Source of the DNA: Candidatus Saccharimonadota bacterium
GTDB taxonomy: Bacteria; Bacteroidota; Bacteroidia; Flavobacteriales; Blattabacteriaceae
Length of the DNA stretch: 32,000 nt
Direction of reading: 5' to 3'
NCBI RefSeq assembly: GCF_033372575.1
Contig: NZ_CP104094.1
Span: 14,354 to 46,353, forward strand
Shown here piece after piece: positions 11,568 to 18,659 of this stretch. A model generated the notes under the pieces. It was not told where the DNA came from. It saw only the letters and a program-made list of their open reading frames with translations, and searched no databases. Position numbers and translations under genes: made by a program. How positions within the stretch are numbered: position 1 is the stretch's first letter; every line of letters starts with the position of its first letter.

Positions 11568-11881
11568 AATTATTAATAAGGCCTTTAAAAACTTATAAGT
11601 CAATTAAATTATATAAAAAATATAATTTATATAGTTATTATTTAAATAATAAAAATATTAATAAAATACAATTAAAAAAATATTTTAAAATAAATTATAG
11701 TTTAATAGTAAAAAAAATAAATATTATTAAAATAAAAAAAAAAAATAAAATAATTAGAAAAATAATAGTAAAATATTTTAATAATAAAAAAAAAATTAAA
11801 TTATTGAATAATAATGAAAATAATAAAAAAAAAATTAAATTATTGATTAATAATGAAAATAATAAAAAAAAAGAGATTTAA
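11564..11881 (+). CDS. rplW: 50S ribosomal protein L23 (divergent, with a repeat-containing C-terminus)
   Basis: 105-aa ORF in the canonical slot between rplD and rplB, with an ATGA overlap onto the rplD stop. The sequence is weakly L23-like and the call rests mainly on position. Confidence 0.6.
   Translation: MKLLIRPLKTYKSIKLYKKYNLYSYYLNNKNINKIQLKKYFKINYSLIVKKINIIKIKKKNKIIRKIIVKYFNNKKKIKLLNNNENNKKKIKLLINNENNKKKEI
11786..11863. repeat. 39-nt direct tandem duplication at the rplW 3' end / rplB start
   Basis: Segments 11786-11824 and 11825-11863 differ by one substitution. Each starts with A10, encodes KKKIKLL(N/I)NNENN in the rplW frame, and contains a copy of the rplB ATG context (AATAATGAAAATAAT). 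Confidence 0.85.
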
Positions 11882-12611
11882 GTACAATAAATTAATATAT
11901 GGAAAATTAAAATCAGGAGGTAGAAATAATCAAGGTAGAATAACGGTAAGATATATAGGAGGAGGCCATAAAAAAAAATATAGATTAATAGATTTTAAAA
12001 GAAATAAATATGATGTAATAGCAACAGTTAAAAAAAAAGAATATGATCCTAATAGATCATCATATATATCATTATTGTATTATAAAGATGGAGAAAAAAA
12101 ATATATTTTATCAGTAAAAGGATTAAAAATAGGAGATAGAATAATATCATCAAAAAAAAAATCATCATTAAATATAGGAGATTCAACTACATTAGATTTA
12201 ATTCCTTTAGGAACTATAATATGTTGTGTAGAAAATATACCAGGAAATGGAGCTATATATTCAAGAAGTGCAGGAACATATTCAAAATTAATATCAAAGG
12301 ATAAAAAATATGCAATTATAAAATTATCATCAAATGAAAAAAAAATGGTATTATTAAAGAGTATGGCAACAATAGGAAGTATATCAAATAAAAATCATAA
12401 ATTTAAAAAATTAAAAAAAGCAGGAAATAATAGATGGTTAGGAAAAAGACCAAGAACAAGAGGAGTAGCAATGAATCCTATTGATCATCCGATGGGTGGG
12501 GGTGAAGGTAAAGCATCAGGAGGACATCCAAAAAGTAGAAAAGGAATTTACGCAAAAGGATTTAAAACACGTAAAAAAAATAAAAAATATTCAAAATATA
12601 TTTTAAAATAA
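11853..12611 (+). CDS. rplB: 50S ribosomal protein L2 (N-terminally short)
   Basis: 252-aa ORF with SGGRNNQGRITVRYIGGGHKKKYRLIDFKR and GVAMNPIDHPMGGGEGK, the L2 signatures. Confidence 0.9.
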   Translation: MKIIKKKRFKYNKLIYGKLKSGGRNNQGRITVRYIGGGHKKKYRLIDFKRNKYDVIATVKKKEYDPNRSSYISLLYYKDGEKKYILSVKGLKIGDRIISSKKKSSLNIGDSTTLDLIPLGTIICCVENIPGNGAIYSRSAGTYSKLISKDKKYAIIKLSSNEKKMVLLKSMATIGSISNKNHKFKKLKKAGNNRWLGKRPRTRGVAMNPIDHPMGGGEGKASGGHPKSRKGIYAKGFKTRKKNKKYSKYILK

Positions 12612-12617
12612 AAAAAA

Positions 12618-12899
12618 ATGCCTAGATCATTAAAAAAAGGACCATATATAGATTATAAATTATTAAAAAAAATAAAAATAAATAATTTAGAAAGAAAAAA
12701 TAAAAAATCTATAAAAACTTGGTCAAGATCATCAGTAATAATACCAGAATTCATAGGAAACACAATATTAGTACATAATGGTAAAAAATTTATTTCAGTA
12801 TTTATTACCGAAGAAATGGTAGGTTATAAATTAGGAGAATTTGCACCAACTAGAAATTTTAAAGGTCATTCAGGAAAAAAAGAAAAAAATAAAAAATAA
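12618..12899 (+). CDS. rpsS: 30S ribosomal protein S19
   Basis: 93-aa [15 protein letters not shown]...[35 protein letters not shown]. Confidence 0.92.
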   Translation: MPRSLKKGPYIDYKLLKKIKINNLERKNKKSIKTWSRSSVIIPEFIGNTILVHNGKKFISVFITEEMVGYKLGEFAPTRNFKGHSGKKEKNKK

Positions 12900-12908
12900 T
12901 AATAAAAA

Positions 12909-13325
12909 ATGGGAAAAAGAAAAAGAAATACAGCGTTAAAAATAAAAAAAAAAAATAAAACAAAATTTTATTCTTATATAAAAAATGTAAGAATATCTCC
13001 AAGAAAAATAAGAAATTTAATAAATTTAATAAAAGGTAAAAAGGTTTTAACAGCAATTGAAATTTTAAAAAATTATATAAGTTATAAAAAATCAAAAATA
13101 TTAATAAATTTAATATTATCAACAATATCAAATTATAAAATAAAAACAGGAAAAAAGGATATAAAAAATTTATATATTTATAGTTTAATAGTTAATAGTT
13201 CAGGAATAATAAAAAGAGTAAAATATGCCCCACAAGGAAGGATAAATGAAATAAGAAAAAGATTAAGTATAATAAAATTAGAAATAAAAAATAAAAATGG
13301 GACAAAAATCAAATCCAATATCTAA
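12909..13325 (+). CDS. rplV: 50S ribosomal protein L22
   Basis: 138-aa ORF in the canonical position between rpsS and rpsC, with the VRISPRKIRNLINLIKGK motif. Confidence 0.8.
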   Translation: MGKRKRNTALKIKKKNKTKFYSYIKNVRISPRKIRNLINLIKGKKVLTAIEILKNYISYKKSKILINLILSTISNYKIKTGKKDIKNLYIYSLIVNSSGIIKRVKYAPQGRINEIRKRLSIIKLEIKNKNGTKIKSNI

Positions 13326-14055
13326 TAGATTAGGAATAATTTATGGATGGAAATCAATATGGATAAAAAATTATTATTTAAATGTAAATGAAGATAATAG
13401 GATAAGAAAATATATAAATAATAGATATAAATATTGTATATCGACAATAATAATAGAAAAAATGAATAATAGAGTAGTAATAACTATATGTACATCTAAA
13501 CCTGCAATAGTAATAGGAAAAAAAGGAAAAGAAGTAGATAAGTTAAAAAAAGAAATAAATAATATAATAAAGAAAAAAGAATATTTATATTATAAAAAAA
13601 AAGAAAAAATAACTAAGAGATTTGTTTATATTAATGTAGTAGATGTAAAATATCCTGAAATAGATTCAATATTAGTATCTAAAAATATATGTAGACAAGT
13701 AGAAAGTAGAATATCTTATAAAAAATCTATTAAATATGCAATAAAATCAGCAATGAAAAAAAAAATAAAGGGAATAAAAATAAAAATATCAGGGAGATTA
13801 AATGGATCAGAAATAGCTAGAACAGAAGTATATAAAGAAGGAAGTATAAAATTGTCAACAATAAGATCAAATATTGATTATTCATTATCAGAAGCCAATA
13901 CTAAATATGGAAAAATAGGAGTTAAAGTCTGGATAATGAAAGGAGAAATATATGAAATGAAAAAATATTTCACTAATTATAATAAAGAATTAAAATATAA
14001 GTCAAAAAAAAAAAAAATAATAAGAGTAGGAAAAACATATAAAAAAGAGGAATAA
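13297..14055 (+). CDS. rpsC: 30S ribosomal protein S3
   Basis: 252-aa ORF MGQKSNPISNRLGII..W.S.W with the KH-domain block PAIVIGKKGKEVDKLKKE and SGRLNGSEIARTE. Confidence 0.9.
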   Translation: MGQKSNPISNRLGIIYGWKSIWIKNYYLNVNEDNRIRKYINNRYKYCISTIIIEKMNNRVVITICTSKPAIVIGKKGKEVDKLKKEINNIIKKKEYLYYKKKEKITKRFVYINVVDVKYPEIDSILVSKNICRQVESRISYKKSIKYAIKSAMKKKIKGIKIKISGRLNGSEIARTEVYKEGSIKLSTIRSNIDYSLSEANTKYGKIGVKVWIMKGEIYEMKKYFTNYNKELKYKSKKKKIIRVGKTYKKEE

Positions 14056-14060
14056 TAATT

Positions 14061-14660
14061 ATGTATATACCAAGAATAAAATTATTATATGAAAAAAAAG
14101 TAATTAATAATTTAAAAAAAAAATTAAAATATAAAAATATAATGCAAGTACCTAAATTAAAAAAAATTGTAATTAATATAGGGGTAGGGGTAAGAAATAA
14201 AAATAATATAGTAGATACTATGGAAGATTTATCATTATTAACAGGTCAAAAATCAACTTATAGATTATCAAAAAAAGATATATCAGGATTAAAATTAAGA
14301 AAAGGAACAAAAATAGGATGTATGGTAACATTAAGAAGAAATATAATGTATGAATTTTTAGAAAGATTAATTTCAGTAGCATTACCAAGATCAAAAGATT
14401 TTAATGGAATAAAAGAAAATAGTTTTGATGGAAAAGGAAATTATAATTTAGGTATAAAAGAACATATAATATTTCCAGAAATTAATTTTGAAAAAGTAAA
14501 AAGAATTTATGGAATGAATATAAGTTTTGTAACAAGTACAAAAGATGATAATTCAGCTAAAGAATTATTAATAAATTTAGGATTACCATTTAAAAATAAT
14601 AATATATATGGAGGAAGATGCAAAAGAATTATAAAAAGAAAAAAAAATAAAAAAAAATAG
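14061..14660 (+). CDS. rplE: 50S ribosomal protein L5
   Basis: 199-aa ORF with NIMQVPKLKKIVINIGVG, LSLLTGQK, LRKGTKIGCMVTLRR and YEFLERLISVALPR..DF.G. Confidence 0.9.
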   Translation: MYIPRIKLLYEKKVINNLKKKLKYKNIMQVPKLKKIVINIGVGVRNKNNIVDTMEDLSLLTGQKSTYRLSKKDISGLKLRKGTKIGCMVTLRRNIMYEFLERLISVALPRSKDFNGIKENSFDGKGNYNLGIKEHIIFPEINFEKVKRIYGMNISFVTSTKDDNSAKELLINLGLPFKNNNIYGGRCKRIIKRKKNKKK

Positions 14661-14663
14661 GAA

Positions 14664-15047
14664 ATGGATACTATCGGAAATTATTTAACATTAATAAGAA
14701 ATGCATGTAATGTTAAAAAAAAATATGTAAAAGTAAATTATTCAAAAATAAATAAAAATATAACTAAAGTATTATATAATAATAATTATATAAAAAAATA
14801 TAAAATATATAAAAATAAAATTAAGAAAATAAAAATATATTTAAAATATATAAATAATAATTCAGTAATAAGAAAAATAAAAAGAATAAGTAAACCAAGT
14901 TTAAGAAAATATTTAAAATATAAAAATATTTATAAAGTATTAAATGGATATGGAATATCAATAATATCTACTTCAAGTGGAGTAATGACAGGAAAAGAAG
15001 CAAAAATTAAAAAAATAGGAGGAGAAATATTATGTATAATATATTAA
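14664..15047 (+). CDS. rpsH: 30S ribosomal protein S8
   Basis: 127-aa ORF with DTIGNYLTLIRNA and the C-terminal GISIISTSSGVMTGKEAKIKKIGGEILC. Confidence 0.9.
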   Translation: MDTIGNYLTLIRNACNVKKKYVKVNYSKINKNITKVLYNNNYIKKYKIYKNKIKKIKIYLKYINNNSVIRKIKRISKPSLRKYLKYKNIYKVLNGYGISIISTSSGVMTGKEAKIKKIGGEILCIIY

Positions 15048-15060
15048 ATAAAATAATAAT

Positions 15061-15615
15061 ATGTCAAGAATAGGAAAAAAATATATAATTATTCCTAATA
15101 ATGTAAATATATATAAAAAAGATAAATATATATATGTAAAAGGAAAATTAGGCAATTTAAAACAAAAAATAAATAATAATATAATAATAAAAATATTAGA
15201 AGATAAAATATATTTAATAAATAAAAAAAAAAATATTAAAAAATATAAAAGTTTACATGGACTTTATAGAATGTTAATATATAATATGATAAAAGGAGTA
15301 AATAAAGGATATAATAAAAAATTAAAATTAGTAGGAGTAGGATATAATGCAATAGGAAATGGGCAAATATTAAATTTAAATGTAGGATATTCACATAAAA
15401 TAGTAATGAAATTTTGTAAAGAAATAAATATAACAACAGAAAAGGAAATAGGAGATAATAATAATATAATAATAAATATTTTTTGTATTAATAAACAATT
15501 ATTAGGAATAGTAGCATCAAAAATAAGATCTTTAAAAAAACCTGAACCATATAAAGGAAAAGGTATAAGATATATAAATGAAAAAATAATAATTAAAAAA
15601 GGAAAATCAGTATAA
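15061..15615 (+). CDS. rplF: 50S ribosomal protein L6
   Basis: 184-aa ORF MSRIGKKYIIIP with GVGYNA and the C-terminal PEPYKGKGIRY motif. Confidence 0.9.
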   Translation: MSRIGKKYIIIPNNVNIYKKDKYIYVKGKLGNLKQKINNNIIIKILEDKIYLINKKKNIKKYKSLHGLYRMLIYNMIKGVNKGYNKKLKLVGVGYNAIGNGQILNLNVGYSHKIVMKFCKEINITTEKEIGDNNNIIINIFCINKQLLGIVASKIRSLKKPEPYKGKGIRYINEKIIIKKGKSV

Positions 15616-15625
15616 TAATATAATA

Positions 15626-15946
15626 ATGAAAGGTAATAATAGAAATATAAGAAATATGAATATACCAAGATTATCAGTATTTAGAAGTAATAAAGAAATA
15701 TATGTTCAAATAATAGATGATATTAATCAAATTACACTAATATCATATTCTTCAATAATAGAAAAAAAAAAAAATAATAAAAAAATGACTAAATCAGAAA
15801 TGTCAAATATAGTAGGAAAAAAAATAGCTGAAAAAATGTTAAAATTAAAGATTAAAAAAATATTTGTAGATATAAAAAAATATAGATATAAAGGAAGAAT
15901 AAAAATTTTAATAGAAGCAATTAGAAAAAATGGAATAAAAATATAA
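15626..15946 (+). CDS. rplR: 50S ribosomal protein L18
   Basis: 106-aa ORF with PRLSVFRSNKEIYVQIIDD, in the canonical position. Confidence 0.85.
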   Translation: MKGNNRNIRNMNIPRLSVFRSNKEIYVQIIDDINQITLISYSSIIEKKKNNKKMTKSEMSNIVGKKIAEKMLKLKIKKIFVDIKKYRYKGRIKILIEAIRKNGIKI

Positions 15947-15953
15947 AAAAAAA

Positions 15954-16442
15954 ATGATAAAAATAAAAGATATTAAAGAAAAGATAGTTAAAATAAAAAG
16001 AGTATGTAAAGTTACAAAAGGAAGAAGAGATTTTAGTTTTACTTGTATAATAGTAAAAGGTAATTATAATGGAATAGTAGGTTATGGAATGGGAAAAGCA
16101 AAAGAAATTCCAAATTCTATATATAAAGCTGAAGTAAAAGCTAATAAAAATTTAATAAAAATTCCAATAGTAAATGAAACTATTCCTCATGAACAAAGTT
16201 ATAAATATTGTAGTTCAAAAATATTATTATATCCAGCTTATAAAGGAACTGGAGTAATTGCAGGAGGATCTGCAAGAATAGTATTAGAATTAGCAGGAAT
16301 AAAAAATGTATACGCAAAATTTATAGGCTCTTCTAATGTATATAATTGTGTAAAAGCAACTTATAATGCATTAAAAGAAATAAAAGAAAATTATTATTTA
16401 AAATTAAAAATTAATGAAAATATCAAAAAACAAAAAAAATGA
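15954..16442 (+). CDS. rpsE: 30S ribosomal protein S5
   Basis: 162-aa ORF with IKRVCKVTKGRRDFSF, VGYGMGKAKEIP and GTGVIAGGSARIVLELAGIKN. Confidence 0.9.
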   Translation: MIKIKDIKEKIVKIKRVCKVTKGRRDFSFTCIIVKGNYNGIVGYGMGKAKEIPNSIYKAEVKANKNLIKIPIVNETIPHEQSYKYCSSKILLYPAYKGTGVIAGGSARIVLELAGIKNVYAKFIGSSNVYNCVKATYNALKEIKENYYLKLKINENIKKQKK

Positions 16443-16518
16443 TCATTAAAAAAAATTTGAAAATGGTATAAAATAAAAATTATATGAAAGTAATACTAAA
16501 AAAACATAAATTAATAAT

Positions 16519-16938
16519 ATGAATAACGAACTAAATAAAAAAAAAATGAAAAAGAAGAAAATTAAAAATAAATTAAAAAAAAAAAAAATATATTATGGGG
16601 ATGGAAATATATATATACATTCTACATTTAATAATATAATTATATCATTAACGGATAAAAAAGGTAATGTTTTAGCATGGTCTTCATCCGGTAAAATGAA
16701 ATTAAAAGGATCAAAAAAAAATACTCCATTTGCAGGACAAATAACAGCTAAAAATATTTGTGAAAAATGTATTCAATTAGGTATAAAAAAAGTAAGTATA
16801 ATAATTAAAGGACCAGGTTCTGGAAGAGAATCAGCTATAAGAACAATAAGTAATAATGGGATTAATATTAGATCAATAAAAGATAGAACACCATTACCTC
16901 ATAATGGATGTAGACCACCAAAAAAAAGAAGAATATAA
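16519..16938 (+). CDS. rpsK: 30S ribosomal protein S11 (with a Lys-rich N-terminal extension)
   Basis: 139-aa ORF with [22 protein letters not shown] and the C-terminal [17 protein letters not shown]. Confidence 0.9.
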   Translation: MNNELNKKKMKKKKIKNKLKKKKIYYGDGNIYIHSTFNNIIISLTDKKGNVLAWSSSGKMKLKGSKKNTPFAGQITAKNICEKCIQLGIKKVSIIIKGPGSGRESAIRTISNNGINIRSIKDRTPLPHNGCRPPKKRRI

Positions 16939-16949
16939 TATAATAAATT

Positions 16950-17555
16950 ATGTCAAGATATATAGGACCAAGAAATAAAATTTCAAGAAGATTAAATAAA
17001 TATATATACGGAAATAAAAAATATTTTAAAAAAAAACAATATCCACCAGGTCAACATGGTTTATTAAAAAAAAGAATAGTAAAAAAATCTAATTATTATA
17101 TTCAATTATTAGAAAAACAAAAAGTAAAATATAAATATGGAATATTAGAAAAACAATTTAAAAGAATGTTTAATATAGTAAATAAAAAAAAAGGAATAAC
17201 AGGAGAATTATTATTACAAATGTGTGAACGTAGATTAGATAATGTAGTATATAGAATAGGTTATGCAGTATCTAGATATGCAGCTAGACAATTAGTGACT
17301 CATAAACATATTAAAGTAAATAATAAAACTATTAATATACCTTCATTTAATATAAAAATAGGTGATATAATCTCATTAAATGAAAAAATGAAAAATAATA
17401 TAAATGTTTTAAATGCATTAACAATAAATAAAAATAAAAATAAAGATTGGTTAAAATGGAATGAAGAAAATATGTCTTCAGAATGTTTAAAATTACCTAA
17501 TATAAAAAATATAGACATTGATCATCAATTAATTGTAGAATTATATAATAAATAA
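16950..17555 (+). CDS. rpsD: 30S ribosomal protein S4
   Basis: 201-aa ORF MSRYIGPRNKISRRL with an S4 RNA-binding domain (RRLDNVVYRIGYAVSRYAARQLVTHKHIKVN). Confidence 0.9.
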   Translation: MSRYIGPRNKISRRLNKYIYGNKKYFKKKQYPPGQHGLLKKRIVKKSNYYIQLLEKQKVKYKYGILEKQFKRMFNIVNKKKGITGELLLQMCERRLDNVVYRIGYAVSRYAARQLVTHKHIKVNNKTINIPSFNIKIGDIISLNEKMKNNINVLNALTINKNKNKDWLKWNEENMSSECLKLPNIKNIDIDHQLIVELYNK

Positions 17556-17585
17556 TTATATAATAAATAATTATATAATAAATTA
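17541..17585. repeat. 15-nt tandem triplication of the last four codons plus stop of rpsD
   Basis: TTATATAATAAATAA occurs at 17541-17555 and 17556-17570, then TTATATAATAAATTA at 17571-17585. The unit equals the rpsD codons L-Y-N-K-stop. The rpoA ATG follows at 17588. Confidence 0.9.
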
Positions 17586-17587
17586 TT

Positions 17588-18307
17588 ATGAAAGATTTTA
17601 AAATAATAATAAAAAAAAATAATAAAAATTTAGGAATATTTAAAATTTACAATATAAATAGTGGTTATGGAGTTATAATAGGTAATTCTTTAAGAAGAGT
17701 TTTATTATCTTCTATATATGGTTATGCAATAAATTATTTTAAAATAAAGGGAATAAAACATGAATTAAGTTATATAAAAGGGTTTATAGAAGATGTACCT
17801 GAAATAATTTTAAATTTAAAAAAAATAAGATTTAAATTAAAAAATTCTAAAAAAAAAATAAAAACAGAAAAAATAAATATTAAAATAAATAATAAAAAAA
17901 ATAAAATATATGCAGGGGAAATAGAAAAATATTCAAAATATTTTAAAATAATAAATAAAAAATTAATAATTTGTAATAAAGATGAAAAAGCAAAGTTTAA
18001 TATAAAAATAATAGTAAAAAAAGGAAAAGGATATATAGAAAGTGAAAATAAACCAAGATATAAAGATTATATAGCTATTGATAGTATTTATACACCAATT
18101 TTAAATGTAAAATATTTTATTAAACAAATAGATAACTACAATGAAAATATTGAAAAAATAGATATTTTAAGAATAGAAATTTTAACTGATAGTTCAATAA
18201 AACCTCTAAAGGCATTAATAAAAGCTTCTAAAATTTTAATTAAAAATTTTAATAATTTAATAAATAAAAAACAATATTTTAAAATACGTGAGACATATAA
18301 AAAATAA
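17588..18307 (+). CDS. rpoA: DNA-directed RNA polymerase alpha subunit, N-terminal domain only (no alpha-CTD)
   Basis: 239-aa ORF with GYGVIIGNSLRRVLLSSI (alpha NTD signature) in the canonical slot between rpsD and rplQ. It ends about where the NTD ends in ~330-aa alpha subunits, and rplQ overlaps its 3' end. Confidence 0.85.
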   Translation: MKDFKIIIKKNNKNLGIFKIYNINSGYGVIIGNSLRRVLLSSIYGYAINYFKIKGIKHELSYIKGFIEDVPEIILNLKKIRFKLKNSKKKIKTEKINIKINNKKNKIYAGEIEKYSKYFKIINKKLIICNKDEKAKFNIKIIVKKGKGYIESENKPRYKDYIAIDSIYTPILNVKYFIKQIDNYNENIEKIDILRIEILTDSSIKPLKALIKASKILIKNFNNLINKKQYFKIRETYKK

Positions 18308-18659
18308 AAAAAATTTAAGTAGAAAATATTCACATAGAAAAAGTTTGTTATCTAATTTGTCATGTAATTTAATTATTTATAAATCTATATATACTACTTT
18401 ATGTAAAGCAAAAGAATTACAAAAATATATTGAGCCAATAATAAATAAATTAAAAAAAAATAATATTCATACTAAAAGAATAATATTAAAAAAATTAAAA
18501 AATAAAAAAGTAGTAAAAATTTTATTTAATGAAATTTTAAAAAAAACTATTAATAGAAAAGGAGGATATACAAGAATTTTAAAATTTGGATATAGAAAAG
18601 GAGATGCATCTATAATGTCAATAATACAATTAGTTGATTATTATAAAATAAATGAATAA
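18288..18659 (+). CDS. rplQ: 50S ribosomal protein L17
   Basis: 123-aa ORF MRHIKNKKNLSRKYSHRKSLLSNL...TTLCKAKEL...GGYTRILKFGYRKGD. Confidence 0.9.
   Translation: MRHIKNKKNLSRKYSHRKSLLSNLSCNLIIYKSIYTTLCKAKELQKYIEPIINKLKKNNIHTKRIILKKLKNKKVVKILFNEILKKTINRKGGYTRILKFGYRKGDASIMSIIQLVDYYKINE

Noticed and set aside
14590-14663. The basic tail of the rplE ORF and short alternative-frame ORFs (e.g. MQKNYKKKKK*) as a remnant of rpsN (S14)
   Set aside because: No S14 motif is recognisable (no CxxC or RPRG-type block, no ...GV.KASW end). A Lys-rich tail is the expected translation of A-rich spacer DNA.
16484-16522. 12-codon [15 protein letters not shown] as a relic or functional rpmJ (L36), and the 24-codon ORF at 10258-10332 as an rpsJ relic
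   Set aside because: Both are far too short, and their similarity is limited to a few Lys/Val/Tyr positions that are common in this composition. I mention them only as context for the missing genes and do not annotate them.
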